From positions 188,663-252,662 of the forward strand of contig CAKVHF010000001.1 in assembly GCA_934748015.1 (NCBI GenBank): 64,000 nt of DNA, in the 5' to 3' direction. This document shows positions 56,610 through 64,000 of the stretch, one piece after another. The notes below the pieces were generated by a model. It had not been told where the DNA came from. It saw only the letters and a program-made list of their open reading frames with translations, and ran no database searches. How positions within the stretch are numbered: the stretch's first letter is position 1; each line of letters begins with the position of its first letter. Both the position numbers and the translations under genes were made by a program. Origin of the DNA: an uncultured Clostridia bacterium. GTDB taxonomy: Bacteria; Bacillota; Clostridia; Christensenellales; UBA1242.

Positions 56610-59252
56610 ATGGCAAATAAATATGTATATTTATTTAGCGAAGGTAATGCTAAAATGAGAGAGTTGCTTGGTGGCAAGGGTGCTAACTTAGCAGAAATGA
56701 CTAAGATCGGCCTACCAGTTCCTCAAGGATTTACAATTTCTACCGAAGCTTGTACTCAATACTACGAGGACGGCAGACAGATTAATCCAGAGATCCAAGC
56801 ACAAATCATGGAATACATTGGAAAGATGGAAGACATTACTGGAAAGAAATTTGGAGACAAAGAGAACCCTCTACTAGTTTCTGTTCGTTCAGGTGCTAGA
56901 GCATCTATGCCAGGTATGATGGATACTATCCTTAACCTTGGTCTTAATGAAGATGTTGTAGAAGTTATCTCTAAGAAGTCTGGCAACCCTAGATGGGCTT
57001 GGGACTGCTATCGTAGATTTATCCAAATGTTCAGCGATGTTGTTATGGAAGTTGGTAAGAAGTATTTCGAGAAGCTTATCGACCAAATGAAAGAGAAGAA
57101 AGGCGTTGTATATGATGTAGATTTGACAGCTGATGACCTAAAGGAATTGGCTAGACAATTCAAGGCAGAATACAAGAACCAATTGGGCAAAGATTTCCCA
57201 GATGATCCAAAGGAGCAATTGTTCGAAGCAATCAAGGCTGTATTTAGATCTTGGGATAACCCTAGAGCAAATATCTATCGTATGGATCATGATATCCCAT
57301 ATAGCTGGGGTACTGCAGTTAACGTACAGATGATGGCTTTTGGTAACATGGGCGAAACATCAGGTACAGGTGTTGCATTTACTCGTAATCCAGCTACTGG
57401 TGAGAAGGGTCTAATGGGTGAGTTCCTTATGAATGCACAGGGTGAAGACGTTGTTGCTGGTGTTAGAACTCCAATGCCTATTGCTAAAATGGCTGAGATT
57501 ATGCCAGAGGTATATGATCAATTCTTGAAGATCTGCGATACTCTAGAGAAACACTATCGTGATATGCAAGATATGGAGTTCACTATCGAAGATAAGAAAC
57601 TATATATGTTGCAGACTAGAAATGGTAAGAGAACTGCTGCTGCAGCTATCCGTATCGCATGTGACCTTATCGATGAGGGTATGATCACTGAGAAAGAAGC
57701 TCTTATGCAGATCGATGCTAAGACACTAGATATGTTGCTACACCCAACATTTGATGCTACTGCTCTTAAGAATGCAGACAAGAACAATGTTGTAGGTAAG
57801 GGTATTGCTGCATCTCCAGGTGCTGCTGCTGGTAAGATCGTATTTACTGCTGAGGATGCTGTTATCCATGGCAAAAACAAAGAAAAAGTTGTTCTAGTAA
57901 GACTAGAGACTAGCCCAGAAGATATCGAAGGTATGAAATATGCTCAAGGTATCCTAACAGTTCGTGGTGGACAAACATCTCACGCAGCCGTTGTTGCTCG
58001 TGGTATGGGTACTTGTTGCGTATCTGGTTGTGGTGACATCAAGATGGATGAAGAGAACAAGTGCTTCACTCTTGCTGGTCAAACATTCCATGAAGGAGAT
58101 TATATCTCTCTAGATGGTTCTACTGGTAACATCTATAACTGCGAAATCAAGACTGTTCCTGCTGATCCTAACAGTGGATACTTCGGAAGAATTATGAAAT
58201 TAGCAGACAAATACAAGAAGTTGGGTGTTAAGACTAACGCTGATACTCCTGCTGACGCTAAGCGTGCTAGAGAGTTGGGGGCTGAAGGTATCGGTCTATG
58301 CCGTACTGAGCATATGTTCTTCGACCCAGAGAGAATCGGTGCATTCCGTGAAATGATCTGCTCTGATAGTGTAGAAGAGAGAGAAGTTGCTCTTAACAAG
58401 ATCGAACCTATGCAACAAGCTGACTTCGAAGGTCTATTTGAGGCACTAGAAGGTCATTCAGTTACTATCAGATACTTGGATCCACCTCTACATGAGTTCG
58501 TTCCTACTGAAGAAGCTGATATCAAAGCTCTTGCAAAGGCTAAAGGCAAGACTGTAGAGCAAATCAAACAATACATCACTGATTTGCACGAGTCTAACCC
58601 TATGATGGGTCACCGTGGATGCAGATTGGCAGTTACTTATCCAGAGATTGCTGTTATGCAGACCAAGGCTGTTATCAAGGCTGCTATCAATGTTCAGAAG
58701 AGACATCCAGAATGGAAAGTTGTTCCTGAGATCATGATCCCACTTGTAGGTGAGTTGAAAGAACTTCAATTCGTTAAGAAGATCGTTGTTGAGACTGCTG
58801 ATGCTGTTATCGCAGATGCTAAGTCTGATCTTAAGTACGAAGTAGGTACTATGATTGAGATCCCAAGAGCTGCATTGATTTCTGATGAGATCGCTAAAGA
58901 TGCTGAGTTCTTCTGCTTTGGTACTAACGACCTTACTCAGATGACATTCGGTTTCAGCCGTGATGATGCTGGTAAGTTCCTTCCTTCTTACTATGCTAAC
59001 AAGATCTATGAGTCAGATCCATTTGCTAGACTAGATACTGTTGGTGTTGGTAAATTAATGGAAATGTCTGTTAAACTAGGCAGAGCTACTAGACCAGACC
59101 TTCATTGTGGTATCTGTGGTGAGCACGGTGGTGATCCATCTTCTATCCAATTCTGTCACAAGATTGGTCTAGACTATGTATCTTGTTCTCCATATCGTGT
59201 TCCTATCGCAAGACTTGCTGCTGCTCAGGCTGCTATTGCTGATGAGAAATAA
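56610..59252 (+). CDS. ppdK: Pyruvate, phosphate dikinase
   Basis: 880 aa. LLGGKGANLAEM N-terminus, phospho-His motif GGQTSHAAVVARGMG, and PEP-utilising C-terminal motif (GLCRTEHMF; FFCFGTNDLTQ). Confidence 0.97.
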   Translation: MANKYVYLFSEGNAKMRELLGGKGANLAEMTKIGLPVPQGFTISTEACTQYYEDGRQINPEIQAQIMEYIGKMEDITGKKFGDKENPLLVSVRSGARASMPGMMDTILNLGLNEDVVEVISKKSGNPRWAWDCYRRFIQMFSDVVMEVGKKYFEKLIDQMKEKKGVVYDVDLTADDLKELARQFKAEYKNQLGKDFPDDPKEQLFEAIKAVFRSWDNPRANIYRMDHDIPYSWGTAVNVQMMAFGNMGETSGTGVAFTRNPATGEKGLMGEFLMNAQGEDVVAGVRTPMPIAKMAEIMPEVYDQFLKICDTLEKHYRDMQDMEFTIEDKKLYMLQTRNGKRTAAAAIRIACDLIDEGMITEKEALMQIDAKTLDMLLHPTFDATALKNADKNNVVGKGIAASPGAAAGKIVFTAEDAVIHGKNKEKVVLVRLETSPEDIEGMKYAQGILTVRGGQTSHAAVVARGMGTCCVSGCGDIKMDEENKCFTLAGQTFHEGDYISLDGSTGNIYNCEIKTVPADPNSGYFGRIMKLADKYKKLGVKTNADTPADAKRARELGAEGIGLCRTEHMFFDPERIGAFREMICSDSVEEREVALNKIEPMQQADFEGLFEALEGHSVTIRYLDPPLHEFVPTEEADIKALAKAKGKTVEQIKQYITDLHESNPMMGHRGCRLAVTYPEIAVMQTKAVIKAAINVQKRHPEWKVVPEIMIPLVGELKELQFVKKIVVETADAVIADAKSDLKYEVGTMIEIPRAALISDEIAKDAEFFCFGTNDLTQMTFGFSRDDAGKFLPSYYANKIYESDPFARLDTVGVGKLMEMSVKLGRATRPDLHCGICGEHGGDPSSIQFCHKIGLDYVSCSPYRVPIARLAAAQAAIADEK

Positions 59253-59293
59253 TAACACTATATAGATAACATATTGCGGTTATATAAGAAGAG

Positions 59294-59328
59294 CCAAACT
59301 AATGAAATACTTAGTTTGGTTTTTTTTT
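59294..59328 (+). terminator. Intrinsic terminator after ppdK
   Basis: CCAAACTAA pairs with TTAGTTTGG, followed by T9. Confidence 0.8.
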
Positions 59329-59389
59329 AATATTGTTCTAAACGAATGCCAAGCAGTTTTTTTTGGGGAAATGGTTGGTAGAGTATAAC

Positions 59390-59424
59390 AAAAAATGCGA
59401 CAAATTAATATTGTCGCATTTTTT
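59390..59424 (-). terminator. Intrinsic (bidirectional) terminator after the coupling-protein gene
   Basis: A-run, ATGCGACAA, loop, TTGTCGCAT, T-run. It lies 16 nt downstream (minus sense) of the stop at 59440. Confidence 0.75.
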
Positions 59425-59439
59425 GCATTGTGTTTTCTA

Positions 59440-61497
59440 TTAAAATTCTTCATTGCCACTATTGTTAGTAGCAGGGGCTGGCTTGTTGCCACGAAGTATC
59501 TTGTTGTTTCTTACCCTTATATCATAGAACATTTCGGCTTCGTTAATAGGACGAGGGACTTTGTAAGCATCTACAGCCTTCTCCATATCATAATATTGTC
59601 TACACTTGTAACTAGGAGTAAAGATACTCTTGATAGGGTTCTGTTGCAAAATATATACTATACATTCACCACTATTTGGTTTAAGAGATGCCAACTCAGC
59701 AGGGTATATCAATGGTCTGGATTCTTGTGTCAACGATGTGGTTGTACTATTGGATGCATCTTTGCCTTCCTTGCTTTTGGATGCTGATACATTCTCTGTC
59801 TCTACTGTTGTATTACCACATCTCTTACTAAATTCTTCCAATGTGCCTTGGTCGTTGGATGCTATAAAGACGTGTATGTTACAGTTATCTTTAACGGTCG
59901 ATGCTACTTCATTGCCATACTTGGTTGTCAATTGGACATAAGATTGTAGGATCAAAGTAAAGAATATTCTACGGCTACGAGCAACTGTTATGATTGTATC
60001 GAAGTTCTGTATCTTAGGCATATTACCAAATTCATCTAGTATAAAGAATACATCTCTTGCCAGTGATCCGCCATTACGGTTAGCACTATCAACTAGTATC
60101 TTATATAATTGTGATATAAACATTGTTGCAATAGGGTGACGAGTTGTTTTTTCGTCTGGGATCTTAATAAATAGTGCAGTTGGCTCATCGGCAAAATTCT
60201 CTAGTTTCATATCATTCTTGCTAGTAGCAAAACAGATACCGCTATCACTAAATAATCCCATACGATCGGTAACAATACCCATGTATGACTTGGCTGTCTT
60301 CTCAGAGTTGGCAACAACCTGGTTGGCTAACTGTGTTGCTAGGCTTAGTTTGTCTCTGCCCTGGAAGTACTCTTGCAGGCTCTTAATAGGGTTGTACTGG
60401 TCATTATCTTTGGTGTTCAATATCTTACTTAGGTTGAAGAAATTGAACTTGTCTTTGGTCATGTCTAGATTAGGATTTTCACTATCTTCTAGCATTGCTA
60501 GCATTGTACCAAATACCAGATCTTTAGCACCACGTTCCCAGATAGGGTCGTTAGTACTCTCAATAGGGCATAGGGTAGTTGCTAAGTCTTTTAGGTCTTC
60601 AAAGGCATTGTTTTTTAGTACTTGTCTTATGCCTTCTAGATGTGCTTTGAGTTCTGGTTCGTTAGAGAATGCCAGACCGTCAAATTCGTACCATTCATGG
60701 AAGTATTCCTTATTAACACACTTTAACTTATATGTCCTAGGATCATCGCCATGGTGTACCTTAACTTCCTTATTTAGGTTAAGGGCACGCATATTCATTT
60801 CGTATGCTCTTGTCATTGGGTTCCAACATGTGCTTTGAAATGGTTCTTTTAGGTCAAATACTAGTACCTTATATCCACGTTTACGCAACTTGTTGCTATG
60901 GTTCTCATATATCTCACCCTTTGGGTCTGTGATAACCATACATGGTCTTGCAGCACTTTCGGCTAATATCTGAACTGTTGGATCAACGAATTGTGTTGTC
61001 TTACCACTACCAGTTGTACCTATTACTAGGGTGTGGATGCTCTTGTACATGTTGACCTGCAACTTATTGCCCGTTAACTCTGCTCTGATTGGCACACCAA
61101 TGTTGCTTGACTTGCTTAGGTCAGAATAATAATGGAATTTGAACTGAGGGTCGGTCTTTAACTCTTTCAGTGTCATCCATCTAGTGTTATAGTACTTTTC
61201 CATTCCATCTTTGTTTTTTATCTTTGCTTTTGATCCGCCTTTACTCATTCCAAATAACTTAAATCCATCATCGGATAGACTAAGTAGGAATATAAATACA
61301 AGTAGCACGCACACGACTGTAAATATCGAAAAGAAACTAGAGTCACTAAATACATCTAGTGAAAATACAAATGTGCCAGTAGTGATAAACGATGCTACAA
61401 TATATGATGCTGCAAATGCACTTATTGCTCCAAATATAAAATATCTTATAATACTGACAAAGGTTGATGTGCCTTTGCTCTCTTTGTCTTTTGCCAT
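59440..61497 (-). CDS. Type IV secretion coupling protein (VirD4/TraG/TraD family ATPase)
   Basis: Two N-terminal TM helices. Walker A VIGTTGSGKTT. ITDPKGEIY, Walker B FFILDEFGNMPKI, and RSRRIFFTLILQSYVQL...YG match the T4SS-DNA_transf family pattern. Confidence 0.85.
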   Translation of the reverse strand: MAKDKESKGTSTFVSIIRYFIFGAISAFAASYIVASFITTGTFVFSLDVFSDSSFFSIFTVVCVLLVFIFLLSLSDDGFKLFGMSKGGSKAKIKNKDGMEKYYNTRWMTLKELKTDPQFKFHYYSDLSKSSNIGVPIRAELTGNKLQVNMYKSIHTLVIGTTGSGKTTQFVDPTVQILAESAARPCMVITDPKGEIYENHSNKLRKRGYKVLVFDLKEPFQSTCWNPMTRAYEMNMRALNLNKEVKVHHGDDPRTYKLKCVNKEYFHEWYEFDGLAFSNEPELKAHLEGIRQVLKNNAFEDLKDLATTLCPIESTNDPIWERGAKDLVFGTMLAMLEDSENPNLDMTKDKFNFFNLSKILNTKDNDQYNPIKSLQEYFQGRDKLSLATQLANQVVANSEKTAKSYMGIVTDRMGLFSDSGICFATSKNDMKLENFADEPTALFIKIPDEKTTRHPIATMFISQLYKILVDSANRNGGSLARDVFFILDEFGNMPKIQNFDTIITVARSRRIFFTLILQSYVQLTTKYGNEVASTVKDNCNIHVFIASNDQGTLEEFSKRCGNTTVETENVSASKSKEGKDASNSTTTSLTQESRPLIYPAELASLKPNSGECIVYILQQNPIKSIFTPSYKCRQYYDMEKAVDAYKVPRPINEAEMFYDIRVRNNKILRGNKPAPATNNSGNEEF

Positions 61498-61832
61498 AAT
61501 ACACCTCTATTATGTCTATAGTAGACTATATATAATGATAATATAATAAAAAGGTTAAAATTGTCAAAGAATATAACACCATATCCCAAATAGCAAAAAT
61601 ATATGTAGTAAATTAATATTTATAAAAAAGATATAATGATATCTATTAGTTATAGGTAGGTGTTTTGTGACATAATAGCGTGTTATCAAGAATAAAAAGT
61701 GTCTATTTATGGCAAAATACAACTAAATAATTATTTTTTTGAAACATAGGCAAAATTGTTTTGCTTTTGGGTCAATATATGCTACTATATGTGTAGTTAA
61801 AAAAATTTTTACAAGGTAGAAGGAAAAGAGAT

Positions 61833-62198
61833 ATGAATTTTTTAATAGGAATTATGAATTTATTAGGTGAAGGTGGAAGGTTTGACGGTTATGTTGACAA
61901 AGGTGCTCCAAAATGGCTTGTTGAGATTTTAAATCCAATATACAATATAATAAACGCAATTGTAGTTCCAATTTTGATTTGCGTTGCGATTGTTGGTATT
62001 ATTTATTCTATCGTTCTTGGTGTTAATTATGCTAGAGCAGAGACTTCTGACCAAAAAGAAGAAGCTAAGAAACGTATCATTAACGTAGTTGTTGGTGCAT
62101 TATTAATGATTGTGTTAATGTTATTATTGTGGCTATTTATTGCTAATGCGGACATAATTTTTGGTTGGGTAGAGAGCTACGGAAAACAGACAACTTAA
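61833..62198 (+). CDS. Small two-TM membrane protein (121 aa), topology reminiscent of VirB2/TrbC-type or Gram-positive conjugation pilin-like proteins
   Basis: RBS AAGGAAAAGAG. TM1 (AIVVPILICVAIVGIIYSIVLGV), charged loop (ARAETSDQKEEAKKR), TM2 (VVVGALLMIVLMLLLWLFI). Divergent from the coupling-protein gene. The family assignment is only a topology argument. Confidence 0.4.
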   Translation: MNFLIGIMNLLGEGGRFDGYVDKGAPKWLVEILNPIYNIINAIVVPILICVAIVGIIYSIVLGVNYARAETSDQKEEAKKRIINVVVGALLMIVLMLLLWLFIANADIIFGWVESYGKQTT

Positions 62199-62232
62199 TA
62201 TTAAGTAATTAATGATATTATGATTAAATTTT

Positions 62233-62265
62233 AAAAGATGAGTTTTAAGTAATTCATCTTTTTTG
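62233..62265 (+). terminator. Intrinsic terminator after the small membrane protein gene
   Basis: AAAAGATGA pairs with TCATCTTTT, followed by a T-run. Confidence 0.7.
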
Positions 62266-62268
62266 TTG

Positions 62269-62310
62269 CAAAAAATGAGATGTAATTGGTATTTTACATC
62301 TCATTTTTGC
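62269..62310 (-). terminator. Intrinsic terminator after the PFOR gene
   Basis: AATGAGATGTAA pairs with TTACATCTCATT, flanked by an A-run (a T-run in minus sense). Confidence 0.75.
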
Positions 62311-62370
62311 TATAATGTTTTATCCGTTGTTGGTGTGTCAAAATGTTGTTTGACAACTAATACTGACGAT

Positions 62371-64000
62371 TTACTTGTTGTCTGCTAGGGACTTGTAGTA
62401 TTCGTAAGTTTCTTTTGCATGTTCTTTGGCTTCAGCAAATAGTTTGTCTGCTAAGTCTTTGTCTTTAGCAATAAGCGACTTATATCTATTTTCGCCTAGC
62501 AAGAAACTTTCGTAGTCTAGAGTAGGTTCTTTGCTATCTAGCACGAATGGATTTTTGCCTTCCATTTTTAGGGTAGGGTTGTATCTCCACAAGTGCCAAT
62601 ATCCTGTATCTACCGCTTTCTTCTCTTCTGCTTGGCTATTAGACATCTTGATTCCGTGGTTAATACATGGTGCATAAGCGATAATAAGTGATACACCGTC
62701 ATAAGCTTCAGCTTCTTTGATTGCTGTTAGGAACTGGTTCATGTTAGCACCCATTGCAACTTTTGCAACATACACATTCTTATAAGTAGTTGCCATGATG
62801 CCTAGGTCTTTCTTATTTGTTCTCTTGCCGTATGCTGCGAACTTGGCTACAGCACCTAGTGGTGTAGATTTGCTAGATTGTCCGCCTGTATTGGAGTATA
62901 CTTCGGTGTCTAGTACTAAGATATTAACATTTTGTCCGCTTGCTAGTACATGGTCTAGTCCGCCATATCCAATATCATACGCCCAACCATCGCCACCAAT
63001 GATCCAGATTGAGTCCTTTGCAAAATGATCTTGCAGGGAAAGTACACGATTGCAAGCACAACACTTTTTACTTGATTTTTCGATAATTTCTACTATATTT
63101 TTGCCAGTTGCACGTTGATCGTTGACAGTTTTTGCTTCGAAATAACTATTAATAGCGTCTTTCAATTTTTTGCTATCTGTCTTCTCTTTTACTTCATTTA
63201 AGGTTTTTATCAACTCATCGTGGTTGATATCTAGACCTGTTTTGATGCCTAGACCGAACTCAGCATTGTCCTCAAATAGGCTATTAGCCCAAGCAATTCC
63301 GTGACCATTGTCGTCCTTAGCATAAGGACAAGCAGGAGCACTGCCACCATATATACTGGAGCAACCAGTAGCATTGGCTACAACCATTCTGTCACCAAAC
63401 ATCTGAGATATAACCTTGATATATGGAGTCTCTCCACATCCTGCACAAGCACCGCTAAATTCAAAATATGGCTTGTTGAATTGACTGCCCTTGACAGTGT
63501 TATCTTTGAATACGTCACTCTTGACATGAGGTAGGCTAGATACATAGTCGTAGTTTTTAGCCTCTCTGTCCATTATGTTGTACGCTTCTGTCATGGTTAT
63601 TGCTTTGTTTTTGGCAGGGCAGACATTGGCACATACACCACATCCTGTACAATCTTTGGCACTTACTTGCAAGATATATTTTTTGCCGGCTTCCGCTGTT
63701 GCATCTAGTGTCTGTAGAGTGTCAGGCTTATTCTTGAGATCTTTATCATTAACTAGATATGGTCTAATTGCTGCATGAGGGCAAGCAAATGCACAAGAGT
63801 TACATTGTACGCAGTTCTCGGAGTGCCAGCAAGGTAGATCCTCTGCCACACCACGTTTCTCTAGTCTTGCAGTGTCTGTTGGGACAAAGCCTCTTGGGTC
63901 TAATTTGCTTACTTCAATAGTGTCACCATCTAGTCTTTGGATTGGTTTCATTATTTCGTTATAGTATTTGTCTGTGCAGTTCTTAACAGGGTCGGTGTTC
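62371..64000 (-). CDS. nifJ: Pyruvate:ferredoxin (flavodoxin) oxidoreductase, C-terminal ~540 aa; N-terminus outside the window
   Basis: Two 4Fe-4S ferredoxin motifs (CVQCNSCAFACP, CTGCGVCANVCP), a TPP-binding domain (GGDGWAYDIGYGGLDHV) and the typical PFOR C-terminal tail. The reading frame stays open to the window edge. Confidence 0.93.
   Translation of the reverse strand, partial: NTDPVKNCTDKYYNEIMKPIQRLDGDTIEVSKLDPRGFVPTDTARLEKRGVAEDLPCWHSENCVQCNSCAFACPHAAIRPYLVNDKDLKNKPDTLQTLDATAEAGKKYILQVSAKDCTGCGVCANVCPAKNKAITMTEAYNIMDREAKNYDYVSSLPHVKSDVFKDNTVKGSQFNKPYFEFSGACAGCGETPYIKVISQMFGDRMVVANATGCSSIYGGSAPACPYAKDDNGHGIAWANSLFEDNAEFGLGIKTGLDINHDELIKTLNEVKEKTDSKKLKDAINSYFEAKTVNDQRATGKNIVEIIEKSSKKCCACNRVLSLQDHFAKDSIWIIGGDGWAYDIGYGGLDHVLASGQNVNILVLDTEVYSNTGGQSSKSTPLGAVAKFAAYGKRTNKKDLGIMATTYKNVYVAKVAMGANMNQFLTAIKEAEAYDGVSLIIAYAPCINHGIKMSNSQAEEKKAVDTGYWHLWRYNPTLKMEGKNPFVLDSKEPTLDYESFLLGENRYKSLIAKDKDLADKLFAEAKEHAKETYEYYKSLADNK

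Noticed and set aside
60218-60838. 206-aa ORF on the plus strand, plus other antisense ORFs (59395-59787, 59630-59941, 61211-61546)
   Set aside because: All overlap the well-supported minus-strand coupling-protein gene. None has a start context or recognisable motifs.
59440-62198. Calling the coupling-protein locus a mobile element (ICE or plasmid insertion)
   Set aside because: No integrase, relaxase, other T4SS genes, flanking direct repeats or tRNA target are visible. Only an orphan gene pair can be supported from this window.

Overview
This 64 kb window looks like chromosome from a low-GC, endospore-forming Firmicute-type bacterium. The lineage call rests on spoIIGA-sigE, spoIVFA/spoIVFB, ytfJ and a CIRCE/HrcA heat-shock operon. 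About 50 of 55 genes are on the + strand.

Core blocks, in order:
- Fe-alcohol dehydrogenase (partial)
- hrcA-grpE-dnaK-dnaJ
- ytfJ and a dacB-like carboxypeptidase
- nucleoside hydrolase
- AbrB-like regulator plus ABC exporter
- rrf2-nifS-nifU
- spoIIGA-sigE
- ftsK/spoIIIE-rimO-pgsA-cinA-like-recA
- MBL hydrolase
- dnaG-rpoD-trmK
- lepA-hemW
- a six-tRNA cluster (Pro, CAU, Asp, Phe, Thr, Tyr)
- a motif-less MreB homolog with minD-minE-spoIVFA-spoIVFB-recO
- ppdK
- PFOR (partial)

The accessory content is the interesting part.

1. Five paralogous membrane-anchored surface proteins sit between housekeeping operons. Each has a conserved N-terminal domain, a Listeria/Bacteroides-type repeat and BspA-type leucine-rich repeats.
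2. One paralog is split by a G10 tract inside its coding sequence, which makes it a candidate ON/OFF phase-variable gene.
3. Two other paralogs carry a conserved composite leader of about 290 nt. It contains a covarying hairpin, a G tract (G10 in one copy, G6 in the other) inside a frame-locked mini-ORF, an intrinsic terminator whose loop holds the mini-ORF stop codon, and a GC-rich four-way-junction (cloverleaf-like) element with a compensatory base change. I could not match either the leader or the cloverleaf to any RNA class I know, so they are my top candidates for something undescribed.
4. A tandem pair of 95-nt structured elements lies upstream of the ABC exporter.
5. An orphan VirD4-type coupling protein is paired divergently with a small two-TM protein.
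6. A 1354-aa lipoprotein carries MBG-like repeats.

All product calls come from motifs and synteny read by eye. No database search was run.
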